A stretch of DNA of 64,000 nucleotides, taken from NCBI GenBank assembly GCA_021794525.1, contig JAJYQP010000076.1, forward strand, positions 4,901-68,900, given 5' to 3'. The translations under genes and the position numbers were made by a program. Under the pieces are notes generated by a model, which was not told where the DNA came from, did no database searches, and was given only the letters and a program-made list of their open reading frames with translations. Positions 28,296 to 39,060 of this stretch are shown here, one piece after another; the stretch's first letter is position 1, and every line of letters starts with the position of its first letter. The DNA is from Pseudomonadota bacterium (GTDB taxonomy: Bacteria > Pseudomonadota > Alphaproteobacteria > Sphingomonadales > Sphingomonadaceae).

Positions 28296-28378
28296 TTCGA
28301 GTGCTCGCGAATTCCGGATTGGCGAGCCATAACCCCGCCATGGCGAACGAAGTTCTCACGTCCGTGGTTAATGCCGCG

Positions 28379-28394
28379 GTAAATTGCAGTTTAC
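28379..28394. promoter_or_regulatory. near-perfect 16-bp palindrome in the divergent tadG-like/28415 control region
   Basis: GTAAATTGCAGTTTAC has one mismatched pair. It is immediately preceded by TTAA-N7-GTAA (28368-28382), a partial CtrA-type motif. Confidence 0.3.
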
Positions 28395-28414
28395 GCAGGA
28401 ATCCGGGCTAGACG

Positions 28415-29050
28415 GTGCACGAGATATCGAGTTTTCATGATCTTGGCGCTGCCGAACGGCTGGCGCTCGTCTATGCGAGCGGGGCGGTGAAAGCATGCTT
28501 CATGGCGTTGCTGATGGTTGACGCGCATCTGCGCGGCATCGCCGTTGTCCCTCGCGAGGCGATGCTGACGCAGGTGCGGCTGGCATGGTGGCGCGAGGCG
28601 CTGTCCTCGCCGTCGTCGCCTGCGACCAACGCGCATCCGGTCCTGCGCGCAGCCGTATCGGCTTTCGGTGAGCGGAAGTCCATCCTGGTTGCGCTCGTGG
28701 ACGCGTGGGAGGCGGTGGCGGTTGGCGAGGAAAGGGGCGACGCATTGACTGCGCTCGCCTCGGCGAGGGCCGCCCTCTGCTCGGCCATCGCACCGGCCGC
28801 TCGGCGGGAAGCAGTGCAGGCGCATTGCGCCGTGTGGAGCGAGGCGAGCGCGTTGCAGATCGGCAAGAACGCCCGCAATGCCCACCCGAACCTGAAAGCG
28901 ACGCGATTGCCCTCTCTCCCGCGCGAGCTGAGACCACTGGCGGTTCTTGCAGGACTAGCCCGACGCAGCCTCCTGCGCGGCGACGGGGAGTTTCTTGGCG
29001 ACCGACTGAGCCCGCTTGCCGCGATCCGGCTTGGCATTTTCGGGCGGTAG
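28415..29050 (+). CDS. squalene/phytoene synthase-like family protein (function unknown)
   Basis: 211 aa containing ERLALVYA...MALLMVDAHL...MLTQVRLAWWREAL. This resembles the N-terminal helices of the isoprenoid synthase fold proteins annotated this way in sphingomonads. The GTG start is uncertain. Confidence 0.5.
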   Translation: MHEISSFHDLGAAERLALVYASGAVKACFMALLMVDAHLRGIAVVPREAMLTQVRLAWWREALSSPSSPATNAHPVLRAAVSAFGERKSILVALVDAWEAVAVGEERGDALTALASARAALCSAIAPAARREAVQAHCAVWSEASALQIGKNARNAHPNLKATRLPSLPRELRPLAVLAGLARRSLLRGDGEFLGDRLSPLAAIRLGIFGR

Positions 29051-29092
29051 ATTATCCAGCCGGAAAGCGCGGCAAGCCGCGGGGGAGCGCAA

Positions 29093-29551
29093 ATGAATCG
29101 GACCATCCTGGGAGCGCTTGGGGCGCTGTCGCTGGTAGCTGTCGGCCTGTTCTGGTGGCAGGGCCGGGCGGAAGTGGAGCGCGGCGCTCCGCCGCCCGCT
29201 CCGGCAGCGCCGACGCCCACGCCGACAGGTCTTCCCAGCGCCGACGTCGCGGGAATGATCGGGCCACCCCCGCCCGAGGCCACCGAACTGACGAAGGAGC
29301 AGCAGCGCTTCGGCCGCTACGACCGCGACCGCGATGGCAAGATCAGCCGGACGGAAATGCTCTCGACCCGCACCGATGCGTTCCGCAAGCTCGATGAGGA
29401 CCGCAACAACCTGCTGACCTTCGAGGAATGGGCGGTGGCGACCGTCGACCGCTTCGAAGGCGCCGACGCCAATCGCGACAACGCCCTCGACGCGGAGGAA
29501 TTCGCAACGACCAAACCAAGGCGGGCGGCGAAGCCTGCCTGCAAATGTTGA
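29093..29551 (+). CDS. membrane-anchored EF-hand domain protein
   Basis: Has an N-terminal TM (ILGALGALSLVAVGLFWW), a Pro/Ala linker, and two EF-hand loops DRDRDGKISRTE and DANRDNALDAEE. Confidence 0.75.
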   Translation: MNRTILGALGALSLVAVGLFWWQGRAEVERGAPPPAPAAPTPTPTGLPSADVAGMIGPPPPEATELTKEQQRFGRYDRDRDGKISRTEMLSTRTDAFRKLDEDRNNLLTFEEWAVATVDRFEGADANRDNALDAEEFATTKPRRAAKPACKC

Positions 29552-29558
29552 GCCGCGG

Positions 29559-30527
29559 CTAGGCGGTCCGGCGGGCGAGCGCTTCCTTCGCGGCGATATA
29601 TTCCGCCTCGAGCCTCGCCACCGTCGCCTCCACCGGCGCCACCTCGGTCACCGTCCCCACGCCCTGGCCTGAGCCCCAGATATCCTTCCACGCCTTGGCC
29701 TTGGTGTTGCCGCCGCTGCCGAAGTTCATCTTGCTGGGATCGCTTTCGGGCAGATTGTCGGGGTCCATTCCAGCGGCCTCGATACTGGAGCGCAGGTAAT
29801 TGCCGTGCACCCCGGTGAAGAGGTTCGAATAGACGATGCCGTCGGCTCGCGCATCAACGATGGCCTGCTTGTAGCCGTCGGCGGCATTGGCTTCGGTCGT
29901 GGCGATCCAGGGGCTGCCGATATAGGCAAAATCCGAGCCCAGCGCCTGTGCGGCGAGGATCGAGCGGCCGTGGCCGATGGCGCCCGAAAGAGCCACCAGC
30001 CCGTCGAACCAGCTGCGGATTTCCTGCATCAGGGCAAAGGGGCTGAGCGTACCCGCATGGCCGCCAGCGCCGGCCGCGACCGGTATCAGGCCGTCGGCCC
30101 CCTTCTCGATCGCTTTCCTTGCAAAGCGGCCGTTGATGACGTCGTGCATCGTTATCCCGCCCCAGCCGCGCACTGCCTGGAAGATTTCCTCCCGCGCACC
30201 CAGCGATGTTATGACCAAGGGCACCTGCCATTTTGCGCAGGTCGCCATGTCTGCCTCGAGCCGGTCGTTGGTCTTGTGGACGATCTGGTTGACCGCGAAG
30301 GGCGCGGCGGGCCGTTCCGGATTGGCGCGATTGTGCGCGGCCAGTTCCTCGGTGATGCGGTGGAGCCATTCGTCGAGCTCGCTCTGCGGCCGCGCATTAA
30401 GGGCGGGGAAGCTGCCAACGATCCCCGCCTTGCATTGCGCGATCACCAGCTCCGGCCCCGAGACGATGAACAGCGGCGAGCCGATCACGGGCAGGCGCAG
30501 GCGGTCGAAGGGGGCGGGCAGGGTCAT
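29559..30527 (-). CDS. nitronate monooxygenase (2-nitropropane dioxygenase family, FMN)
   Basis: MTLPAPFDRLRLPVIGSPLFIVSGPELVIAQCKAGIVGSFPALN...VAAGAGGHAG. The 150-codon upstream extension in the ORF track reads through repeat copy C and was rejected. Confidence 0.85.
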   Translation of the reverse strand: MTLPAPFDRLRLPVIGSPLFIVSGPELVIAQCKAGIVGSFPALNARPQSELDEWLHRITEELAAHNRANPERPAAPFAVNQIVHKTNDRLEADMATCAKWQVPLVITSLGAREEIFQAVRGWGGITMHDVINGRFARKAIEKGADGLIPVAAGAGGHAGTLSPFALMQEIRSWFDGLVALSGAIGHGRSILAAQALGSDFAYIGSPWIATTEANAADGYKQAIVDARADGIVYSNLFTGVHGNYLRSSIEAAGMDPDNLPESDPSKMNFGSGGNTKAKAWKDIWGSGQGVGTVTEVAPVEATVARLEAEYIAAKEALARRTA

Positions 30528-30548
30528 CTGGTCTCCAATGCGCAACGT

Positions 30549-30638
30549 CCTCCGTTCGTATCGAGCGGAGGACGCAGTCCGTAGTCGAGATAGGGTGTCG
30601 TGTTGCCGTGTCTCGACTTCGCTCGACACGAACGGAGG
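30549..30638. repeat. palindromic intergenic repeat, family 1, copy C (amidohydrolase|NMO spacer)
   Basis: Termini are CCTCCGTTCG and CGAACGGAGG. The sequence is nearly identical in its arms to the reverse complement of copy D. Confidence 0.9.
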
Positions 30639-30645
30639 ATGGTTT

Positions 30646-31686
30646 TCAAGTGAGGACCTGCTCGATCCGGTAGATCCGCGCCGCGGTGCCCGCGAAAAGC
30701 TTGCGCTTCTCGTCCGCCGAGGCGCCGGAGGCGAGACGCTTGAAGGCATTCCACAGCACCGGATAGGTCGCGCCCCAGCGATCGACCGGATAATTGCTCT
30801 CGAACATGGCCCGATCGACGCCGAAGGCCTCGATGCAGGTCTCGACATAGGGACGCCACAGGGCGGCGAGATACTCGGAGCCGTGGCCTTTGGCCGGACC
30901 GTCCTCGGGCATGCCGCAGAACGCCATCGCCAGCCCGCCGAGCTTGACGACGACATTGGGATATTCGGCCAGGGCATGGATGCTGCGCCGCCAGCGATCG
31001 AAGTTTTCGTGCAGCGTGCCGCGATATCCCGCGATGTTCAGCGGTGTTCCGCAGTGATCCAGAACGATGGTCTGCTCCGGGAAGGCGCGGGCGAGGTCAA
31101 CAAGGTCACCCAGCTGCGGCTCTAGCAGCCAGGCGTCGAAAGTCAGTCCGCGCTTGGCGAGCTCTGCGAAGCCTTCGCGAAATCTTGCATCGAGGTAGAG
31201 CGCTTGGGGCGCGTGAAATGGAGGGCCGAGCACTTGGGGGTCGGCATCCCACGCGGCGGCATGGCGGATGCCGACGAAGCGCGGAGACGCGGCCGCGAGC
31301 GCGTCGAGCACCGCTCCGACGCAGGCACCGAGCGTGAGGTCCGCATGGCCGACGATCGCCGCGCAGGGCCTGAAATCTCCATAGAGCCCGCTTGCCCCCT
31401 GGGCCGCAACGCCGTTCACGAACTCGACCTCGCCAACCGTCTTCAGATCGTCGCCGCGCGAGGCGTCGTAAAAGGCGCCGCATTCCATGAAGACGGTGCC
31501 AATGACGTTGTGGCCCGACTGCGTGTCGGTCAGCAGCGTATCGAAATTGTAATAGGCCGCGCCAACAAGCGCCTCGAGAAAATCGTGCCGCGGTTCGGGA
31601 AATGCGCCGAGCAGGGGCCGCAGGTCCCACAAGTGGTGGTGCGGATCGATGATCGGCAGGTCGGGATCGATGATGTCTTCTGTCAT
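30646..31686 (-). CDS. amidohydrolase family (TIM-barrel metal-dependent hydrolase) protein
   Basis: [22 protein letters not shown] is an amidohydrolase_2-type HxH start. The ATG overlaps the leuA stop (ATGA). Confidence 0.8.
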   Translation of the reverse strand: MTEDIIDPDLPIIDPHHHLWDLRPLLGAFPEPRHDFLEALVGAAYYNFDTLLTDTQSGHNVIGTVFMECGAFYDASRGDDLKTVGEVEFVNGVAAQGASGLYGDFRPCAAIVGHADLTLGACVGAVLDALAAASPRFVGIRHAAAWDADPQVLGPPFHAPQALYLDARFREGFAELAKRGLTFDAWLLEPQLGDLVDLARAFPEQTIVLDHCGTPLNIAGYRGTLHENFDRWRRSIHALAEYPNVVVKLGGLAMAFCGMPEDGPAKGHGSEYLAALWRPYVETCIEAFGVDRAMFESNYPVDRWGATYPVLWNAFKRLASGASADEKRKLFAGTAARIYRIEQVLT

Positions 31687-33401
31687 GGTGCTCGGCTAGT
31701 CCTCGCCGCCTCCGTTGATTGCGTTTTGGTGACAACCGCATTCCCCGCGCTGAGTACGGCGCGGACGCTGGCGGAGGCGACGTCGGTGTCGATGCCGCAG
31801 CCCCAGATCGTGCGACCGTCGGGCAACGCGCATTCGAGATAGGCAGCGGCGCGCGCCTCGGTCCCGGCGCCAAGCGCATGCTCGCTGTAGTCGCGGACCT
31901 CGAGCGCGATGCCGAAGCTGTCGCGCAGGGTCGCCACCACCGAGGAAATGAGGCCATTGCCGCGCCCGCTGACGCTGGTCTCGCGCCCATCGACCGAGAT
32001 CGTGCCGGCGAAGATGCGGGTGCCGTCGGGCGCGCGCTTCTCCTCGTAATCGACGAGGCGCAGATGGCGCGGCTCGATCTTCACGAAATAGGCGCGGCGG
32101 AAGGCGTCCCAGATGTCGGCGGCGGTCAGCTCGCGGCCAAGCTCGTCCGCCATGCGCTGGACGTGCGGGCTGAAATCGGCCTGCATCTTCTTGGGCAGCT
32201 TTAAACCCTGGTCCTGTTCCAGCACCCAGGCGAAGCCCCCCTTGCCGGACTGCGAATTGACCCGGATCACTGCCTCGTAGCTGCGGCCGAGATCGGCGGG
32301 GTCGATAGGCAGATAGGGCACGCGCCATTGCGGCGAGTTCTGCCCCTCGCGTGCCGCGAAACCCTTTTTGATCGCGTCCTGGTGGCTGCCCGAAAAGGCC
32401 GTGTAGACGAGCTCGCCGCCGTAGGGATGGCGAGGGTGAACCGGAAGCTGGTTGCAGTATTCCACCGTCTCGATCACCCGGTCGATATCGGAGAAGTCGA
32501 GGCCGGGGTCGATTCCCTGCGTGTAGAGGTTGAGCCCCATCGTCACCAGGCAGCAATTGCCGGTCCGCTCGCCATTGCCGAACAGGCAACCCTCGACCCG
32601 GTCCGCGCCTGCCATCAGCCCCAGCTCTGCAGCCGCGACGCCGGTGCCGCGGTCGTTGTGGGTGTGAAGCGAGATCACCGCGCTTTCCCGGTTCGGCAGG
32701 TTGCGGGCGAAATACTCGATCTGGTCGGCGTAGATATTGGGCGTCGCCGCCTCGACCGTGGCGGGCAGGTTCAGGATGATCGGGTGCCCGGGTGTGGGCG
32801 CGAGCACCGCCATCACCGCCTCGCAGACCTCGAGCGAAAAATCGAGTTCGGCGGTGGAGAAGGTCTCAGGCGAATACTGGAAATGCCAGTCGGTGCCGGG
32901 CTGCTTCGCCGCCTCGTCACGCATGACCTTGGCGCCCGCGACGGCGATGGCCTTCACCTCCTCGCGGCTCATCCCGAACACGATCTCGCGCCATGCCGGG
33001 CTGACCGCGTTGTAGAGGTGGACGATGGCCTGCTTGGCACCTGCAAGGCTACTGAAACTGGTACGGATCAGGTCTGCCCGGCTTTGCGTGAGGACCTGGA
33101 CGATCACGTCGTCGGGGACGCGGCCAGAGCGGACGAGGCCGGAGATGAAATCGAACTCGGTCTGCCCGGCGCTGGGGAAGCCGATCTCGATCTCCTTGAG
33201 GCCGATTTCGACGAGCAGGTCGAAGAAGCGGGTCTTCTTCGCCCCGTCCATCGGATCGACGATCGCCTGGTTGCCGTCGCGCAGGTCGGTGGAGAGCCAG
33301 CGCGGGGCGCGCGTGATCGTGCGACCCGGCCACTGCCGGTCGGGCAGCAGGACTTGCGGGAAGGCTGAATATTTGACGCTCGGATCGGGGAGCATGGACA
33401 T
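31683..33401 (-). CDS. leuA: 2-isopropylmalate synthase (long, LeuA type 2)
   Basis: [46 protein letters not shown]...HTHNDRGTG, 572 aa. Confidence 0.95.
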   Translation of the reverse strand: MSMLPDPSVKYSAFPQVLLPDRQWPGRTITRAPRWLSTDLRDGNQAIVDPMDGAKKTRFFDLLVEIGLKEIEIGFPSAGQTEFDFISGLVRSGRVPDDVIVQVLTQSRADLIRTSFSSLAGAKQAIVHLYNAVSPAWREIVFGMSREEVKAIAVAGAKVMRDEAAKQPGTDWHFQYSPETFSTAELDFSLEVCEAVMAVLAPTPGHPIILNLPATVEAATPNIYADQIEYFARNLPNRESAVISLHTHNDRGTGVAAAELGLMAGADRVEGCLFGNGERTGNCCLVTMGLNLYTQGIDPGLDFSDIDRVIETVEYCNQLPVHPRHPYGGELVYTAFSGSHQDAIKKGFAAREGQNSPQWRVPYLPIDPADLGRSYEAVIRVNSQSGKGGFAWVLEQDQGLKLPKKMQADFSPHVQRMADELGRELTAADIWDAFRRAYFVKIEPRHLRLVDYEEKRAPDGTRIFAGTISVDGRETSVSGRGNGLISSVVATLRDSFGIALEVRDYSEHALGAGTEARAAAYLECALPDGRTIWGCGIDTDVASASVRAVLSAGNAVVTKTQSTEAARTSRAP

Positions 33402-33601
33402 CGGAATCTCGACTGGCTGACGGCGGGGCTGCGGCGGTGGTGGTCCCTCAGGCGCGGCGCGCCGCGTGGCACGCCGGGTTCACGCCCGAGGGCGGATAAG
33501 TCGTAGCGGCAGCCCGATGTTCGTCATGCCCGATGCATCGCGCAAATTCCCCCGCAGGGCAAGCAGGAAGGCAGCTCCGGTCGAAAACCGCCTTCCATCG
33601 C

Positions 33602-34753
<1,152 letters not shown>

Positions 34754-35269
34754 TCAGGAGCCCTCCGCTCCCCGCATCATGCCCACGATCCCCGAGCGGC
34801 CGACCTCGACCAGCCCCAGCTCGCGCATCAGCACGAGGAAGCTGTCGATCTTGTCGGGGGCGCCGGTGATCTCGAAGACGAAGCTGGCGGTCGTGGTATC
34901 GACCACCTTGGCGCGGAACAGCTCGGCGATGCGCAGCGCCTCGACGCGCCTGTCGCCCTGGCCCGCGACTTTGACAAGCGCCAGTTCGCGCTCCACGTGC
35001 GGGCCCTGCTCGGTGAGGTCGGTGACCTTGTGGACGGGCACCAGCCGTTCGAGCTGGGCGCGGATCTGGTCGATGACCTCGGGCGGACCGCCGGTGACGA
35101 TGGTGATCCGGCTGATCTCGTGGTTTTCGGAGATATCCGCCACGGTCAGGCTGTCGATGTTGTAGCCGCGTGCAGTGAACATCCCGGCGATCTTGGCGAG
35201 GATGCCTGCCTCGTTGTCGACGGTCACGGTGAGGACGTGGCGTTCTGAGGCGGCCTGCTTGATTTTCAC
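34754..35269 (-). CDS. ilvN: acetolactate synthase small (regulatory) subunit
   Basis: ERHVLTVTVDNEAGILAKIAGMFTARGYNIDSLTV shows the ACT domain. GTG 35269 has GGAGG 6 nt upstream. The 15 extra codons in the track ORF lie in repeat copy D. Confidence 0.92.
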   Translation of the reverse strand: MKIKQAASERHVLTVTVDNEAGILAKIAGMFTARGYNIDSLTVADISENHEISRITIVTGGPPEVIDQIRAQLERLVPVHKVTDLTEQGPHVERELALVKVAGQGDRRVEALRIAELFRAKVVDTTTASFVFEITGAPDKIDSFLVLMRELGLVEVGRSGIVGMMRGAEGS

Positions 35270-35275
35270 GCACCA

Positions 35276-35367
35276 CCTCCGTTCGTGTCGAGCGAAGTCG
35301 AGACACCGTTGCATACGACCAGCGTCTCTCGACTACGGCCTGTGGCCTCCGCTCGATACGAACGGAG
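35276..35367. repeat. palindromic intergenic repeat, family 1, copy D (ilvB|ilvN spacer)
   Basis: CCTCCGTTCGTGTCGAGCGAAGTCGAGACAC...TCTCGACTACGGCCTGTGGCCTCCGCTCGATACGAACGGAG. Confidence 0.9.
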
Positions 35368-35387
35368 CAAACGGGTGGAAAGAGCGT

Positions 35388-37148
35388 TCACACCAATGCC
35401 TTGGCTTCGTCGTCCATCGTGCCCTCGACATGGTCGCCATAGAGCAGCATCTCGGTATGCGCGGCACCGCTGGGGATCATCGGCAGGCAGTTGGCGTCCT
35501 TCGCCACCATGCAATCGACGATCACCGGCCCGTCGTGGTCGATCATCGCCTGAATGCCGGCATTGAGATCGGCCTCGTCCTCGATGCGGATGCCCTTCCA
35601 GCCATAGGCCTCGGCCAGCTTCACGAAATCGGGAAGGCTGTCGGAATAGCTGTTCGAATAGCGGCTTTCATAGGTCAGTTCCTGCCACTGGCGAACCATG
35701 CCCATGTATTCGTTGTTGAGAATGAAGATCTTGACCGGCAGGCGGTACTGGCTCGCGGTGCCGAGTTCCTGGATGTTCATCTGGATGCTGGCTTCGCCCG
35801 CGATGTCGATGACCAGCGCATCGGGATTGCCGAGCTGCGCGCCGATCGCGGCGGGCAGGCCATAGCCCATCGTGCCGAGCCCGCCGCTCGTCAGCCACTT
35901 GTTCGGACCCTCGAAGCCGAAATATTGCGCCGCCCACATCTGGTGCTGGCCGACCTCGGTGGTAATGATCGGATCGCGGTCGCGGGTCAGCGCGAACAGC
36001 CGCTCCACCGCCTTCTGCGGCATGATAGCGTCGGTACGGGGTGGATAGGCGAGACACTCGCGCGCCTTCCAGCCGATAATCCGCGCCTTCCATTCGCCGA
36101 GGTCGCGGCCCTTGCGGCTGCCCCATGCGGACAGGAGCTGCTCCAGCACGGTGGCGCAATCGCCGATGATTCCGAGATCGACGGGCACGATCTTGTTGAT
36201 GCTGGCCCGGTCGATGTCGATGTGAATCTTCTTCGCATGCGGGGCAAAGGCGTCGAGCCGTCCGGTCACCCGGTCGTCGAAGCGGGCGCCCACGGCGATG
36301 ATGAGGTCGGCCTTGTTCATCGCCATATTGGCTTCATAGGTGCCGTGCATCCCCAGCATCCCCAGCCAGTCGGGGTGCGATGCGGGGAACGCGCCGAGGC
36401 CCATCAACGTGCTCGTCAGCGGCGCGCCGGTCGCGTGCTGGAGCCGGCGGAGCAGCTCTGACGCCCGCGGGCCGGAATTGACGACCCCGCCGCCGGTGTA
36501 GAACACCGGGCGCTCCGCAGCGGCGATTATGGCGATGGCGCGGGCGATCTCGTCGTCGCCTGCGGCCACGCGCGGCTGGTATCGGTGCGAGGGGAGGGGC
36601 GCTGCTGGCGCGTCGCTCACAGTCGCCATCGCAATCTGCACGTCCTTGGGAATATCCACCAGCACCGGCCCGGGGCGACCGGTGGTGGCGATGCGAAACG
36701 CCTCGGCAATCGTGGCGCCGAGCGTGTCAGGGCTCTTCACGAGGTAGTTGTGCTTGGTGCAATGGCGTGTGATGCCGACCGTGTCGGCTTCCTGGAAGGC
36801 GTCGGTGCCGATCAGCGCGGTCGGCACCTGGCCGGTGATGACGACCATCGGGATCGAATCCATATAGGCGTCCGCGATCCCCGTGACCGCATTGGTCGCG
36901 CCCGGCCCGCTGGTGACGAGCACGACGCCGGGCTTGCCGGTCGACCGGGCATAGCCTTCCGCTGCGTGGGCCGCGCCCGCCTCATGCCGGACGAGGATGT
37001 GGCGGATGTGCGAATGGCCGAACAGCTCGTCATAGATCGGGAGGACGGCGCCGCCGGGATAGCCGAACACCACTTCCACGCCCTCGGCGATCAAGGCTTC
37101 GATCAATATGGCGGCGCCACTGCGCTCACTCGTCACGTCAAGCTCCAT
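35388..37148 (-). CDS. ilvB: acetolactate synthase large (catalytic) subunit, biosynthetic type
   Basis: [41 protein letters not shown] plus the TPP-binding region [19 protein letters not shown] 37148 was chosen; TTG 37157 is an alternative. Confidence 0.95.
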   Translation of the reverse strand: MELDVTSERSGAAILIEALIAEGVEVVFGYPGGAVLPIYDELFGHSHIRHILVRHEAGAAHAAEGYARSTGKPGVVLVTSGPGATNAVTGIADAYMDSIPMVVITGQVPTALIGTDAFQEADTVGITRHCTKHNYLVKSPDTLGATIAEAFRIATTGRPGPVLVDIPKDVQIAMATVSDAPAAPLPSHRYQPRVAAGDDEIARAIAIIAAAERPVFYTGGGVVNSGPRASELLRRLQHATGAPLTSTLMGLGAFPASHPDWLGMLGMHGTYEANMAMNKADLIIAVGARFDDRVTGRLDAFAPHAKKIHIDIDRASINKIVPVDLGIIGDCATVLEQLLSAWGSRKGRDLGEWKARIIGWKARECLAYPPRTDAIMPQKAVERLFALTRDRDPIITTEVGQHQMWAAQYFGFEGPNKWLTSGGLGTMGYGLPAAIGAQLGNPDALVIDIAGEASIQMNIQELGTASQYRLPVKIFILNNEYMGMVRQWQELTYESRYSNSYSDSLPDFVKLAEAYGWKGIRIEDEADLNAGIQAMIDHDGPVIVDCMVAKDANCLPMIPSGAAHTEMLLYGDHVEGTMDDEAKALV

Positions 37149-37160
37149 AGGATGCAAAGC

Positions 37161-37190
37161 GGCCCGGCGCAGGGGTCTGAGCGCCGGGCC
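37161..37190 (-). promoter_or_regulatory. 10-bp GC hairpin in the miaA-ilvB spacer (miaA terminator and/or ilvB leader structure)
   Basis: The minus strand reads GGCCCGGCGC-tcagacccct-GCGCCGGGCC, followed by GCUUUGCAUCCU and then the ilvB AUG. No SD is visible for ilvB. Confidence 0.45.
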
Positions 37191-37204
37191 GACGGGGGAC
37201 GCTC

Positions 37205-37232
37205 ACAATAGCTCAGCTAGTGTCTTGGTCAA
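37205..37232 (-). promoter_or_regulatory. candidate sigma70 promoter for ilvBN (TTGACC-N16-TATTGT)
   Basis: The -35 TTGACC (complement of 37227-37232) overlaps the miaA stop. The -10 TATTGT is the complement of 37205-37210. A very AT-rich segment, unusual for this genome, lies just upstream inside the miaA 3' end. Confidence 0.45.
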
Positions 37233-38176
37233 GCCTTAAATCGCAATAATAATGCTCCTAACGCATCGGAAATATAATTTTCGGACTCGAACCGCGGCCA
37301 CGCAGGCGGCGACTGCCCGCGAAACCAGGTATATTGCCGCTTGGCATACTGCCGCGTGGCGGTCTGGCCAGCGAGCAAAGCCTCATCGCGCGAAAGCCTG
37401 CCTTCCAGCAGGCTCGCAATCTCCCTGACCCCGATCGCGCGCATGACGGGCAGGGCGGGATCGAGGTTTCGCTCCAGCAGGCGCGCAACCTCCGCCTGCG
37501 CGCCGCCGTCCAGCATCATCGCGAACCGCCGGTCGCAGCGCTCGAAAAGCCATGACCGGTCGGGAAGGAGGATTGCCGGGACGAGTTCGACTTGCCCGCC
37601 GATGCCGCCCTCCCGCTCGCCCTGCCACGCCGCCAGCCGCCGACCTGTCGAACGGACCACCTCGAGCGCTCGGGTGGTGCGGGCGTTGTCCGCCGGGGCG
37701 AGGCTGGCCGCAGCTGCCGGGTCCTCGCGCTCCAGTGCCGCTCGCGCGTCGGCTTGGGGCATGGCGCGCACGGCGGTGCGGATGGCGGGGTCAATCGGGG
37801 GCACTGGCGCGATCCCGTCGAGCAGGGTGCGCATATAGAGCCCGGTGCCGCCTGCCAGGATCGGGACCGCGCCCTCTGCATGGAGCGCCGCAATCTCGCG
37901 CTTCGCCGCAAGGGCCCAGTCCGCTGCCGAACACGGGACCGCTCCGTCCCACGCACCGAACAGGCGGTGCTCGATCCCGCTCATCTCGGCCACCGTCGGC
38001 CGGGCGGAGAGGACCGCGAGATCGGCATAGACCTGCGCGCTGTCGGCGTTGAGCACGACCGCGCGCTGGCCGCGCCCGGCAAGCTGCTGCGCCAGCCGCA
38101 CCGCGAGATCGCTCTTGCCGCTGGCGGTCGGCCCTGCGATGAGCGCCAGCCTTGATTTGGAGGACGGGTCGGACAT
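37229..38176 (-). CDS. miaA: tRNA dimethylallyltransferase
   Basis: [30 protein letters not shown] shows the P-loop, plus [12 protein letters not shown] 38176 or 38182 is the start. The 95-codon upstream extension in the track is antisense to serB and was rejected. Confidence 0.92.
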   Translation of the reverse strand: MSDPSSKSRLALIAGPTASGKSDLAVRLAQQLAGRGQRAVVLNADSAQVYADLAVLSARPTVAEMSGIEHRLFGAWDGAVPCSAADWALAAKREIAALHAEGAVPILAGGTGLYMRTLLDGIAPVPPIDPAIRTAVRAMPQADARAALEREDPAAAASLAPADNARTTRALEVVRSTGRRLAAWQGEREGGIGGQVELVPAILLPDRSWLFERCDRRFAMMLDGGAQAEVARLLERNLDPALPVMRAIGVREIASLLEGRLSRDEALLAGQTATRQYAKRQYTWFRGQSPPAWPRFESENYISDALGALLLRFKA

Positions 38177-39059
38177 GCTCATCGCGCGGCTGATAGCAGA
38201 GCCGGACGGCCTTGAAACGCGGCTCGATGCAGCAATCGCGGCGCTCTCGGAAAAGGGCCTGCCCATTGCCTCGGCGGGGATGCTCGATGCTTGCAGCGAG
38301 GTGCTGGAGATCGCGCTACCGGGCGGCGATACCGAAAAGCTGCGCGACGTGATCGACACGCATTTCGCGCCCTGCGACCTTCTGCTTGCCCGCGATACCA
38401 TCGCGGTGCCGCATCTCTTCGTATCCGATATGGATTCGACCATGATCGGCCAGGAATGCATCGACGAGCTTGCCGACTACGCCGGGCTCAAACCAAAGAT
38501 CGCAGCCATTACCGAGCGCGCGATGCTGGGCGAGCTGGACTTTCCCAGTGCGCTGAAGGAGCGCGTCGGGCTTCTCGAGGGACTTGAGGAAGAGGCGATA
38601 ACTCGCTGTCTTACCGAGCGCATCCGGCCCGAGCCGGGAGCGGCGACGCTGGTCGCGACGCTCAGGGCGCATGGCTGCCGGACGATCCTGGTGACCGGCG
38701 GCTTCCACCACTTCGCCGACCCCGTCGCCGACCACATCGGCTTCGAACGAGTGGTCGGCAACCGGCTTGCGGTGGCGAACGGGGTTCTGACCGGTGCGCT
38801 CGCGGGGCCGATCAGCGATGCAACCACTAAGGCGGCGACGCTTCGCGAGGAAGCCGCGGAGCTGGGCGAGGGGGGGCGGACCCTGGCCATGGGGGACGGA
38901 GCCAACGATATCCCGATGCTTCAGGGGGCTGACTACGGCATCGCCTATAGGGCAAAGCCCAAGGCCCGCGCCGCCGCGGACGGCTGGATCGAGCGAGGCG
39001 ACCTGACCGCGGTGCTGTCGCTTCTCGGCATTCCGCGCAGCGCGTGGGTGGCGGGCTAG
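38175..39059 (+). CDS. serB: phosphoserine phosphatase
   Basis: [12 protein letters not shown]...[20 protein letters not shown]...[10 protein letters not shown] shows the HAD motifs DxDST and GDGAND. ATG is at 38175. Confidence 0.92.
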   Translation: MLIARLIAEPDGLETRLDAAIAALSEKGLPIASAGMLDACSEVLEIALPGGDTEKLRDVIDTHFAPCDLLLARDTIAVPHLFVSDMDSTMIGQECIDELADYAGLKPKIAAITERAMLGELDFPSALKERVGLLEGLEEEAITRCLTERIRPEPGAATLVATLRAHGCRTILVTGGFHHFADPVADHIGFERVVGNRLAVANGVLTGALAGPISDATTKAATLREEAAELGEGGRTLAMGDGANDIPMLQGADYGIAYRAKPKARAAADGWIERGDLTAVLSLLGIPRSAWVAG

Positions 39060-39060
39060 A

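Noticed and set aside
29551-29560. Palindrome AGCCGCGGCT between the convergent EF-hand and NMO stop codons, considered as a terminator.
   Set aside because: The self-complementary 10-mer leaves no loop (at most 4 bp with a 2-nt loop) and has no U-tract. It is also a plausible chance occurrence in GC-rich DNA.
29559-30977. Long N-terminal extensions in the ORF track: 472 aa for the NMO gene, and likewise 9501-10850, 37229-38461, 42803-44098, 57471-59072 and 58799-59599.
   Set aside because: The extensions read through intergenic repeats or through the neighbouring gene. They are compositionally Arg/Pro/Ser-rich, and family-typical N-termini with plausible SD sequences occur at the internal starts I used.
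33480-33527. Possible leucine leader peptide upstream of leuA (minus strand MTNIGLPLRLIRPRA*, using the rare Leu codons CTA and CTT), followed by the palindrome CGCGGCGCGCCGCG.
   Set aside because: It has only three non-consecutive Leu codons. There is no terminator/antiterminator pair with a U-tract and no SD before the mini-ORF. This is insufficient to call attenuation, though the rare codons are curious.
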